A stretch of 17,468 bases of DNA from an uncultured Elusimicrobia bacterium (GCA_964359165.1 CAYHRV010000042.1:1-17468), one strand, 5' to 3'; numbered from the stretch's first letter, positions 1 to 7,434 are shown. Program-made: numbers and translations. Notes: generated by a model from the sequence alone, not told the origin.

Positions 1-130
1 TGAAAATACCGTCACTATTTTTTTAAAATCGTGCAAAGTCCTGGGAACGGAGTTCTCGCAAGAACGCGGGGGAGCCGCCCCCGAGCGGGAACGCAGGCGC
101 GTCCAGTTCACCTTCAGCGCCGATGAAAGA

Positions 131-595
131 TTGCTCGGAGAGATCGACAGAGCCAAGGGTCTTCTGAGGGGGAAGTATCCGAGACCGGGGCTCGAAGAGG
201 TGCTTTCAGAGGGCGTGAAGGCGCTTCTCGATAGGATCGACCCTGCCCGCCGCCTGGTGAAGACGCCCCGCCGCTCGCCCGACGCGGTCGAATTGTCGGG
301 TCCCGAACCGGGCAAGGATGAGAAAAGACGGACGCGGCACGGGCGGACCGTGCCGGGCTGGGTCAAGGAGGAGGTCTGGTGGAGGGACGGGGGGCGCTGC
401 GTGTTCGTGTCGCCGGAGGGGCGGGTGTGCGGCTCCAGCGACGGACTGCAGTTCGACCATATCCGCCCCTGGGCCGCGGGCGGGCGCTCCGACGATCCCT
501 GGAACATCCGCCTCCTCTGCCGGGCTCACAACGGCCTGGAGGCCCGGCGGGTCTTCGGCGACGCCGCGGTGGACGCCGCCGTCGCGAGGGGCTGA
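131..595 (+). CDS. HNH endonuclease family protein (5' end uncertain)
   Basis: The C-terminal half carries an HNH nuclease signature: CxxC-like Cys pair (RCVFVSPEGRVCG), FDHIRPWAAGG, then NIRLLCRAHN, at about nt 395-535. The track start at 131 is TTG. The frame stays open back to nt 2, and RRVQFTFSADERLLGEIDRAKGLL, part of which lies upstream of 131, looks like real N-terminal domain. The true start is therefore probably upstream (only CTG at 41 is available), or the gene is 5'-damaged. Confidence 0.8.
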   Translation: MLGEIDRAKGLLRGKYPRPGLEEVLSEGVKALLDRIDPARRLVKTPRRSPDAVELSGPEPGKDEKRRTRHGRTVPGWVKEEVWWRDGGRCVFVSPEGRVCGSSDGLQFDHIRPWAAGGRSDDPWNIRLLCRAHNGLEARRVFGDAAVDAAVARG

Positions 596-917
596 CCTCG
601 GCGCGGCCCGATACCGGCGCGGCCGCCGACGTGTTTGACGTTCAAGGCGCTGATGGGCTGATGATAGGCGGCGGGTCGCCTATGACTTCAATGAATGGTA
701 ATGGGGATGGCGGCAGGTCGGCCCCGCTGAAGACAGTCTTCTTGCCGCCGCTCTCCACCTCGATGCTGCCGGTGAGCGATATGAGTTTCAGCCTGGGCGC
801 CTTGGTCGTTTCCTGCGCTAAAACGAAGACGGCGAGCAGGGCTGAAAGAAGATGAACTATCCGCGCGGCGAGTTGTAATGCTGGCGGGCCGCGACGCGGG
901 TTTAATAGAATATAAAC

Positions 918-2615
918 ATGAGCGTTCGACGGCTCGAAGCCCTGCTGCTGGCTATCCTCCTAACGGCGCCCGGCGGCGCCGCGTGGTCCAAATCCTACAA
1001 GGTCAGCGTGCGCGGGGGGGAGTCGGCCTCCTTCCTGCCCGAGGACCCTAAGGCGGAGCCCGCCAAGGATTCTAGGCGCTATGACGTCGTCATCGTGGGG
1101 GGCGGGCTGGCCGGGATGACCGCGGCCTCCTATCTCAGCGACCACGGGAAATCCGTACTGCTCCTGGAGAAGGAGGAGGTCCTGGGCGGCATCGCCGCGG
1201 GCGGGATGCTTTATTCCGGAGTCCCCTTCAATCGCGGCGTGGCGTACTGGACCGACTCCACCGAGGAGCAGATGAAGATCCTCGAGCATATCGGCATGGG
1301 GGGCTACCGGGACCGCCACGCCATCCCGGAGCCCACCGACAGCTATTTCTGGAAGGGGAAGCTCTACCTCGGGATATGGGAGGAGGAGACGCTCCATCAG
1401 CTTCCGGCCAGCTTCGCGCTGTTCAAGAGCGAACTCCAGCGCGCGGACAAGGGGGGTCTCATCCCCAACCAGCCCTTCGAGGAGGGGGCCCATCTGGAGC
1501 TCGACGCCTTCAACGCCGCCGAGTGGATCCGCGCCATGCCCGAGGCCGCGGCGGCCCGCACCGATGAGGAAGCCAAGAAGGTCTACGCGCGCTTCTCGGA
1601 GGACAAGAGCATCCTCCTGGAGGACCCCATGCGGGACGTAGTCGACCTCATGGACCTCTACTGCCGGTCGGCTCTGGGCGGAAACGCCAATCAGGTCTCG
1701 GCCGCGGCCTTCGCCAACTTCTACATCTCCGAGATCGCCACGCGCTACACCACCCCGCTCGGGACCGGAGAGGCCGCCTCCCTCATCGAGCGCATACTGC
1801 GCCAGCGGGGACATCTCGTCGACATCCGCCTCAAGGCCGCGGCGCGCAGCGTGCGCCAGGACGCCGGCGGAGTAGAAGTGCTTTACCTTCAAAAAGGCAA
1901 GGCGCGCGCGGCGCGCGCCGCGCACGCGGTGTTCGCGGCCCAACTTAAGTTCGCCGCGGACATCGTGGAGGGGCTCGCCGCCTCCGAGAGGGGCCAAGCC
2001 CTGCGGGATCTGGCCTACTCCCACTACTCCGTGCACGTGGTCGTGACCAAGGGCCACCCGTATCGGGCGACTTTCGACACCTGGACGCGGGCGTCGGATT
2101 ACACGGAGAGGGATTTCCCGGATGTGATCCTGGGGCGCTGGATGGACCCGGTGATCAAGGGCTACGAGGGGATGCGCGATCACAAGCAAGACCCCAAGGA
2201 CGACCAGGGCATACTGACGATCTATCATCCGTTCTCGCACCCCCTGGGGCTCAAGCCTAGGGAGTCCAAGTGGGAGAGGGAGCACGTCGCCGAGGTGGCG
2301 CGCCAAGCCGTGGCGAGGCTCATCGACCTCTACTCCCCCCTGCTCAAGGAGCGCTGGGGCACGAAGATCGAGGTCCGTTCCGTGGAGACCAACCGCTGGC
2401 CCTTTTCCATCCACGTGGCCAAGCCGGGCCATTTCACGCGGCTCGCCAAGGAACTGCGCAAGCCCTACGGGAGGGTGTTCTTCGCCAACAACAACCTCGG
2501 CACCCCGTCCTTCGAGGAAGCCCTCTTCCGCGGCCACTGCGCGGCCAACAACATCCTCAAGCGCCTGGACCCGGGCTTCGCCCAGGAGCCGTGGTCCAAG
2601 TGTCCGCTGGAATAA
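918..2615 (+). CDS. Exported FAD/NAD(P)-binding oxidoreductase (amine-oxidase / CrtI-like fold)
   Basis: N-terminal signal-like segment MSVRRLEALLLAILLTAPGGAAWS. Classic dinucleotide-binding motif YDVVIVGGGLAGMTAASYLSDHGKSVLLLEKEEVLGG (GxGxxG at about nt 1098-1115, followed by an acidic residue and LGG). C-terminal FFANNNLGTPSFEEALFRGHCAANNIL resembles the C-terminal FAD-contact segment of flavin amine oxidases. ATG start preceded by an AT-rich stretch. Confidence 0.8.
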   Translation: MSVRRLEALLLAILLTAPGGAAWSKSYKVSVRGGESASFLPEDPKAEPAKDSRRYDVVIVGGGLAGMTAASYLSDHGKSVLLLEKEEVLGGIAAGGMLYSGVPFNRGVAYWTDSTEEQMKILEHIGMGGYRDRHAIPEPTDSYFWKGKLYLGIWEEETLHQLPASFALFKSELQRADKGGLIPNQPFEEGAHLELDAFNAAEWIRAMPEAAAARTDEEAKKVYARFSEDKSILLEDPMRDVVDLMDLYCRSALGGNANQVSAAAFANFYISEIATRYTTPLGTGEAASLIERILRQRGHLVDIRLKAAARSVRQDAGGVEVLYLQKGKARAARAAHAVFAAQLKFAADIVEGLAASERGQALRDLAYSHYSVHVVVTKGHPYRATFDTWTRASDYTERDFPDVILGRWMDPVIKGYEGMRDHKQDPKDDQGILTIYHPFSHPLGLKPRESKWEREHVAEVARQAVARLIDLYSPLLKERWGTKIEVRSVETNRWPFSIHVAKPGHFTRLAKELRKPYGRVFFANNNLGTPSFEEALFRGHCAANNILKRLDPGFAQEPWSKCPLE

Positions 2616-2639
2616 GTCCGGCGTCCGTGTCTAATGCGA

Positions 2640-2679
2640 CGGAAATCGGACAAAACGCATGCGTTTTGTCCGATTTCCG
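2640..2679. terminator. Perfect 40-nt palindrome (20+20) between convergent genes; putative bidirectional terminator hairpin
   Basis: cggaaatcggacaaaacgca|tgcgttttgtccgatttccg is exactly self-complementary. It lies 24 nt after the oxidoreductase stop (2615) and 6 nt before the fabI stop (2686). There is no flanking U-tract on either strand, so it is not a canonical intrinsic terminator. Confidence 0.45.
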
Positions 2680-2685
2680 GAGTTG

Positions 2686-3468
2686 TCAGCTTACGGCAGG
2701 GACCCCGACGATCGAGTAGCCGCCGTCCACGAAGATGGTCTGTCCGGTGATCATCCGGCTGTCCTCGCCGGCCAGGAAGGCGGCGGTTTTCGCCACGTCG
2801 GCTTGCGTCACGTTGTCGCGCAGGGGTGAGACCGAGGCGTGGTACTCCAGCAGGAGGTCGAATTGGGGGATGCCCGAGGCGGCCAGCGTCCGGATCGGCC
2901 CGGCGGATATGGCGTTGACGCGGATCTTCTTCTCTCCGAGCTCGAAGGCGAGCTCCCGCACGTAGGCTTCCAGCGCGGCCTTGGCCACTCCCATCACCTT
3001 GTAATTCGCGCAGACCCGCCGGCCCCCCAGATAGGTGAGCGCGATCACCGAGCCGCCCTGGGGCATCTTGGGCGCCGCGTATCGGGTGATCTTGGCCAGC
3101 GAATGAGCGGAGACGGTCAAGGCGGTCGCGAAGTCCTCTTGGGAGGTGTCCACCACGGCCCCCTCGAAGGCCGCGGCCGGGGCGAAGGCGATGGCATGCA
3201 CCACGATGTCGATGGAGGTCTTGATGCTCTTGAACGCGGCGTCCATCTCCTCGTCCTTGAGCGCGTCGCAGCGATGGATGGCTATGAGGTTCGAGAGCTT
3301 TGGGGCGAGGTCCTTGATGCGGCTGTGGTAGCGGAATTGATAGGCGAGTATGACCCCGGCGCCTTGAGCCGAGAGCTCTTGGGCGATGGCCCAGGCGATG
3401 GAGGCCTCGCTGGCCACTCCGAAGACGAGGGCCGTCTTGCCCCTTAACCGGCCTGCGGCCGGCGTCAT
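2686..3468 (-). CDS. fabI: Enoyl-[acyl-carrier-protein] reductase (NADH), FabI
   Basis: GKTALVFGVASEASIAWAIAQEL (compare E. coli [21 protein letters not shown]), YKVMGVAKAALEA (Tyr/Lys catalytic region), RVNAISAGPIRTLAASGI, GQTIFVDGGYSIVG. I prefer ATG at 3468 (MTPAAGRLRGK..., 260 aa, typical FabI length). The 18 extra codons up to the track start at 3522 have visibly low GC3. Confidence 0.85.
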   Translation of the reverse strand: MTPAAGRLRGKTALVFGVASEASIAWAIAQELSAQGAGVILAYQFRYHSRIKDLAPKLSNLIAIHRCDALKDEEMDAAFKSIKTSIDIVVHAIAFAPAAAFEGAVVDTSQEDFATALTVSAHSLAKITRYAAPKMPQGGSVIALTYLGGRRVCANYKVMGVAKAALEAYVRELAFELGEKKIRVNAISAGPIRTLAASGIPQFDLLLEYHASVSPLRDNVTQADVAKTAAFLAGEDSRMITGQTIFVDGGYSIVGVPAVS

Positions 3469-3601
3469 GCCTCTGTCGCTATAGCAACAGCCAGATAAGC
3501 GCCATTCGTCATATTCCGACATGATATTAGCAATTTAGTTCGTGACCCAAAAGAGGCTAGAGTACTCCGGGCTCCATCGGGAGCCGCTAGGGAGGATATC
3601 A

Positions 3602-5239
3602 ATGGCCGGTCTGGATGCCGACACGCTGAAGATGGTGCTTGAGACTCTCGGAGAATACTCCAAGAAGCGCATCAACCATGAGCTTCTCAGGGAACACGAC
3701 AAGGAGAACCGTTTTCCCGCGGAGATACTCAAGGAGCTCTACGATCCGGAGAAGATAGGCATCAACCTCCTGATGATCCCCGAGGAATACGGGGGGCTCG
3801 GCGGCGGCAGCTACGACATCACTCTCGCCTGCGAGGCCCTGGCCCGCATCGACCTGGGCATCGCCACCTCGGTGTTCGCGACTTTCCTGGGGTCGGACCC
3901 CATCTCCGTGGGCGGCACGCCGGAGCAGAAGAAGAAATGGATCACGAAGATCGCCAAGGAAGGCTGTCTGGTCGCCTACGGGGCCACCGAGGCCGAGGCG
4001 GGCAGCGATCTCGTGGCCCTCAAGACCCGCGCGGAGCGGGTGAGCGAGGGGGGGAAGGTCTCCGCCTACAAGCTCACCGGGAGCAAGCAGTGGATCTCCA
4101 ACGGCGCGGTGGCCCAGGTGGTCACGATCCTGGCCCGGGCCCCGGGCGGACCGTCCTGGTTCATCGTGGAGAAGGGGATGCCCGGGTTCACCGCGGGCAA
4201 GGACGAGGACAAGCACGGCATACGCCTGAGCAACACCACGCCCCTCTCCCTGAGCGAGGTGCTCGTTCCGGCCGAGAACCTGGTCGGAGGCGTCGAGGGG
4301 CAAGGCTTGGTCCAGGCGCAGGCCGTCTTCGGCTACACCCGCCTGATGGTCGCGGCGTTGGGCCTGGGGGCCGGCTTAGAAGCCCTCGAGCAGGCGATAC
4401 GCTATAGCCAGCTGCGGGTGGTGGGCGGGGGACCGCTCTCCGGGAAGCAGGGCTATACGCACAAGCTCATCGTCCAGTATTACGCAAGGCTCGAGGCCTG
4501 CCGGGCCTACATCCAGGAGATCGCCGCCCGCCTCGACGGCGGGGAGGAGGGCCTCCAGACCGAGGGAGCCGTGGCGAAATACCTGGCCACCGAGACGGCC
4601 AACCAGGCTGCCGACGCCGCCATACAGGCCCTGGGGGGCTACGGCTACACGCGCGACTTCCCGGTCGAGAAGATCAAGCGCGACGCGAAGATCACCTGCA
4701 TCTACGAGGGGACCAGCGAGATACTGGAGATGACGATCTACCGGGGCCGCTGGCAGGAGCACATGAAGAGCCGCGGGGAGTATTATCTCGCCCAGGCGCG
4801 CGATTGCGACGCCTTGCACTCGAAAACCCCGGATGTCGGCGCGGCCGCGGCCGCCGCCGCCCTGCGCGCTCTCGGGCGAGTGCTGGAGGCGTGCCGGGTC
4901 CAGAAGCTCACCCGCAACCAGTACCTGACCCTGCGGCTGGGAGAGCTCGCGGCTTACGCCGAGACCGCCGCGGCCTTCTGCCGCGCCGCCGCGGCCGCGG
5001 AATATCCCGCCTCCGTGGTCTTCGACCGGGAGGCGCGCCAGGCCATGGCCCGCCTGCACGCGCGCGAGGCCGCCCACCGGGTCGCCAACGAGGGACTGCG
5101 CCTGGTCGCGGGTACGGGAGACGCCGAGGTCTTGGCCGGCGAGGTGGGCCTAGACAGGGTCCGGGCGGAGCAGACCGGCTGGATCGCGGACATGGACCTC
5201 GTCGCCCGCAAGCTCAACGAGAAGTTCAAGGCGACCTGA
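3602..5239 (+). CDS. Acyl-CoA dehydrogenase with a roughly 150-aa C-terminal helical extension
   Basis: ACAD motifs: EEYGGLGG, YGATEAEAGSDL, KQWISNG, GGYGYTRDFPVEKIKRDAKITCIYEGTSEI (catalytic Glu codon 4706-4708). GGAGG at 3591-3595 sits 6 nt before ATG 3602, so I prefer 3602 over the track GTG at 3542. The Ala-rich tail after about nt 4750 extends beyond a standard ACAD core. Confidence 0.85.
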   Translation: MAGLDADTLKMVLETLGEYSKKRINHELLREHDKENRFPAEILKELYDPEKIGINLLMIPEEYGGLGGGSYDITLACEALARIDLGIATSVFATFLGSDPISVGGTPEQKKKWITKIAKEGCLVAYGATEAEAGSDLVALKTRAERVSEGGKVSAYKLTGSKQWISNGAVAQVVTILARAPGGPSWFIVEKGMPGFTAGKDEDKHGIRLSNTTPLSLSEVLVPAENLVGGVEGQGLVQAQAVFGYTRLMVAALGLGAGLEALEQAIRYSQLRVVGGGPLSGKQGYTHKLIVQYYARLEACRAYIQEIAARLDGGEEGLQTEGAVAKYLATETANQAADAAIQALGGYGYTRDFPVEKIKRDAKITCIYEGTSEILEMTIYRGRWQEHMKSRGEYYLAQARDCDALHSKTPDVGAAAAAAALRALGRVLEACRVQKLTRNQYLTLRLGELAAYAETAAAFCRAAAAAEYPASVVFDREARQAMARLHAREAAHRVANEGLRLVAGTGDAEVLAGEVGLDRVRAEQTGWIADMDLVARKLNEKFKAT

Positions 5240-5915
5240 GGCCTTCGCGGACGGCGGCGGCGAATCGTTTCAGCAGATCGGGCTCGGCCCCGAGCCTGGC
5301 GCGCAGTCCTTCGGAGATTTCGAGCTGTACCCCTCCCTCTCCCGCGCGGTTGGCGATGTTGCGGCGCGAGGCTCCGGGCAGGCGGCGGCAGGGCTCTTCT
5401 ATTGAAAAGCCCGCCGCGGCGAGTGACCGCGCCGTAGAAGCGCGCTTGAGCGCGTTCGTCCCTCCGACACATGTTTTCTCATCCTTATCGAAAGCGCCGT
5501 GCAGGGACACGATGAGCGCCGCCGAGGCCGCGAGGGCCTCGGCGCCCGGGTCCTTGAAGCGTTTGGAAGTCACATGGAGCTCATGGGGCCTTCGGGAAGA
5601 GACCTTGAGTCCCTCGAAGAGATAATAGCTCCAGTCCGTTCCGGCCGCCGCGCGCGCCGCCTCCGAGGTTCCGGGCTCTATCGTCCCCCCGTGGATGGCG
5701 AATATCGCCACCGTGGACCGGCGGTCGAGCCACTCGACGCGGAAATCCCGTCCTTCTTGATGAGCGGCTCGCAGGGCGCCGACGCTCTTGTGGAGGTCCT
5801 TGGCCTGAGCGGTGGGCGCGCAGGCCAGCAGAAGCAGAGCCGCGAAACGGCGTCGGAAGCCCGACTCCGGACCCCTTCTCAAGGGGCGTTCTTGGGCCGG
5901 AATATCCCGAAACAC
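5226..5915 (-). CDS. Exported poly-gamma-glutamate hydrolase family protein (PghP / YjqB / DUF867-like zinc hydrolase)
   Basis: This is the C-terminal part of the 684-aa track ORF: VAIFAIHGGTIEPGTSEAA, YYLFEGL, HELHVTSKRFKDP, LIVSLHGA, GGTN, NIANRAGEGGVQLEIS. These match the pattern I recall for B. subtilis YjqB and phage PghP, including the HGG..EP and S.HG metal-ligand regions. The only canonical in-frame start that retains the signal peptide is GTG at 5915, giving MFRDIPAQERPLRRGPESGFRRRFAALLLLACAPTAQA/KD. That start overlaps the FIST gene end by 37 nt. Confidence 0.7.
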   Translation of the reverse strand: MFRDIPAQERPLRRGPESGFRRRFAALLLLACAPTAQAKDLHKSVGALRAAHQEGRDFRVEWLDRRSTVAIFAIHGGTIEPGTSEAARAAAGTDWSYYLFEGLKVSSRRPHELHVTSKRFKDPGAEALAASAALIVSLHGAFDKDEKTCVGGTNALKRASTARSLAAAGFSIEEPCRRLPGASRRNIANRAGEGGVQLEISEGLRARLGAEPDLLKRFAAAVREGLRSP

Positions 5916-7063
5916 GAGGTGTAGCCGTGAAGGTAGGTGGTCCCGCCAACCGGACCGATCTCCCCGTTGCAGAAGAAGCCTCCCAGCGGAAGCCCCAGCT
6001 TCTTCTCGAAGAGCTCCGAGTCGTGCCCGGGGCGGCCGTAGAGTCTCTTTCCTCTTCCCACGCAGGAGAAGAGCAGGGCGCCCTTGGGCTCGGGGGAGGG
6101 CCGGCCCTGGGAGTAGAGCGTGAGCCGCTCCTCCAGGTCGCCGGCGGAGGTGCGCTTGTCCCGGAGGTGGAACTGCACCGTCATCCCGTGGCGGAGCAGG
6201 GCGCCCACGGCGAGTATCCCTTTCTTGGCGTCGGCTCCGACGAAATTGCGTATCAGGAAATCCCTCTTCCCCTCCGCGGGGAGGAGCGCGTCTCCGAGCA
6301 GGCCCAGGAAGAGGGAGGTGCGGGCGAGCTGCACGTCCTCCTCGGATAGGCCGTCGAGGATGTTCTTGAGCGCCTCGAGAGGGGGGATCCCCTCCACTTC
6401 CAAGAGCACGTTCTTGGAGCACTTGGTGACTCGCATCGGCGGGCCCACCGGCCTGCAGCCTTGGGCGACTAAGGTATCGATGACCACGTCCCCGGATAGG
6501 GCGGCGCCGACCGCGCCGCCGGTGCAGACCTGGTCGTCCAGGAAAAGGGCGTTGCCCTCGGGTGTGGAGGCGGCGCTGGCCAAGCCTCCGACCTGGACGC
6601 ATCCGGGATAGGCGAAGTCCAAGCCCTGCGTCATGCGTTCGCTGTCCATGGAGTAAGGGTCGCAGAAGTGGAGGAAGCCGGGCTTCTGTGAGGCATCCGG
6701 GAATCCCGTCCAATCCCTCCAGGCCTTGGGCCGGGCGTCGGAGTCGGGCATGGATTCCATCTTCACGTGGAAGGGGTGCAGGCGGGCGCCGGGCAACCAG
6801 GCGCAGGTGAGGGCCAGCGCGCTCTCGCGCTCCACCTCCCGCCCGCCGCCGATCACCCCGCCCGCGGAACAGCCGAGGATGTGCTTGGGGGAAAGGGCCC
6901 GGGCCAGGGCCGCTGGCAGGAGCGCCGCGTCGGGGCAATGGTCGCGGCTGATGAAAAGGAAGGCCGCATCGGGGGAGGAGCCTTCGGCGCGGATCTTGGA
7001 GGCGCATTCCTCGATCGCGGCGATGGGGTCCTTCTCCTCGGAAAGGGCGCTCGCCCAGCGCAT
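5879..7063 (-). CDS. FIST-domain sensory protein (FIST_N + FIST_C, no output domain)
   Basis: N-terminus MRWASALSEEKDPIAAIEECASKI...AAFLFISRDH...ILGCSAGGVIGGG and C-terminus ALLFSCVGRGKRLYGRPGHDSELF...PLGGFFCNGEIGPVGGTTYLHGYTSCFGIF are typical of the FIST N and C domains. Start is either ATG 7063 (8 nt after the folB stop) or ATG 7111 (track start, 40-nt overlap with folB). Confidence 0.8.
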   Translation of the reverse strand: MRWASALSEEKDPIAAIEECASKIRAEGSSPDAAFLFISRDHCPDAALLPAALARALSPKHILGCSAGGVIGGGREVERESALALTCAWLPGARLHPFHVKMESMPDSDARPKAWRDWTGFPDASQKPGFLHFCDPYSMDSERMTQGLDFAYPGCVQVGGLASAASTPEGNALFLDDQVCTGGAVGAALSGDVVIDTLVAQGCRPVGPPMRVTKCSKNVLLEVEGIPPLEALKNILDGLSEEDVQLARTSLFLGLLGDALLPAEGKRDFLIRNFVGADAKKGILAVGALLRHGMTVQFHLRDKRTSAGDLEERLTLYSQGRPSPEPKGALLFSCVGRGKRLYGRPGHDSELFEKKLGLPLGGFFCNGEIGPVGGTTYLHGYTSCFGIFRPKNAP

Positions 7064-7071
7064 GGGAGAGG

Positions 7072-7434
7072 TCAAGGCCGGGCCCGGCGGATCTCGACGG
7101 CGGCCGAGCATACCTTGGGCATGAGAGCGGGCTTCTTGGAGGCCCGCACCCGGACCGCGCCGATGCGCCGGTCGCTTGAGAGCGCGGCCTGAGCCACCTC
7201 CTCGGCGAGGCGCTCCAGGAGTTTGAAGGCGGTGCCTTCGGCCGCGGCCCGCGCGCGGCGCTCGACCTCCTGATAATCAACCGCGTCGCGCAGGTCGTCG
7301 CTCAGGCCGGCTTTGAGGAGGTCGACCTCGAGGACCAGGTCCACCGAGATGGGCTGGCGCTTGCGCCGCTCCCAAGCCGGGACGCCGACTCGGCAGGAGA
7401 GGCGGATGCCGTTGATGTGGATCGTATCCTGCAT
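7072..7434 (-). CDS. folB: Dihydroneopterin aldolase
   Basis: MQDTIHINGIRLSCRVGVPAWERRKRQPISVDLVLEVDL...SDDLRDAVDYQEV...FKLLERLAEEVA...VRVRASKKPA follows the FolB pattern (IGV..wE....Q.l..dl, sDdl.d.vdY, f.LlE.lAe.v, Kp). ATG at 7434 gives 120 aa, the normal FolB size. The 38 extra codons of the track ORF (to 7548) are Pro/Gly/Arg junk. Confidence 0.8.
   Translation of the reverse strand: MQDTIHINGIRLSCRVGVPAWERRKRQPISVDLVLEVDLLKAGLSDDLRDAVDYQEVERRARAAAEGTAFKLLERLAEEVAQAALSSDRRIGAVRVRASKKPALMPKVCSAAVEIRRARP

Noticed and set aside
960-2537. 525-aa minus-strand ORF opposite the FAD oxidoreductase
   Set aside because: The plus-strand frame carries the canonical GxGxxG FAD-binding motif and a signal peptide. 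The minus frame is a low-complexity shadow.
3469-3601. Longer track starts for fabI (ATG 3522) and the ACAD (GTG 3542)
   Set aside because: The extra codons have low GC3, unlike the gene bodies. The ACAD has GGAGG correctly spaced before ATG 3602. FabI from ATG 3468 has the normal length and normal spacing to its GxxxxxGxxxxxSIA nucleotide-binding motif. The longer starts are kept only as alternatives.
4804-5625. 273-aa plus-strand and 172-aa minus-strand Arg-rich ORFs across the ACAD / PghP-like junction
   Set aside because: Extreme Arg/Gly/Pro composition and no motifs. They overlap two well-supported genes in other frames.
5916-7280. Upstream 455 aa of the 684-aa minus-strand ORF (5226-7280)
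   Set aside because: Only the C-terminal 229 aa are protein-like and belong to the PghP family. The remainder is an Arg/Pro/Gly-rich alternate frame running through the FIST and folB genes, both of which have clear family signatures in their own frames.
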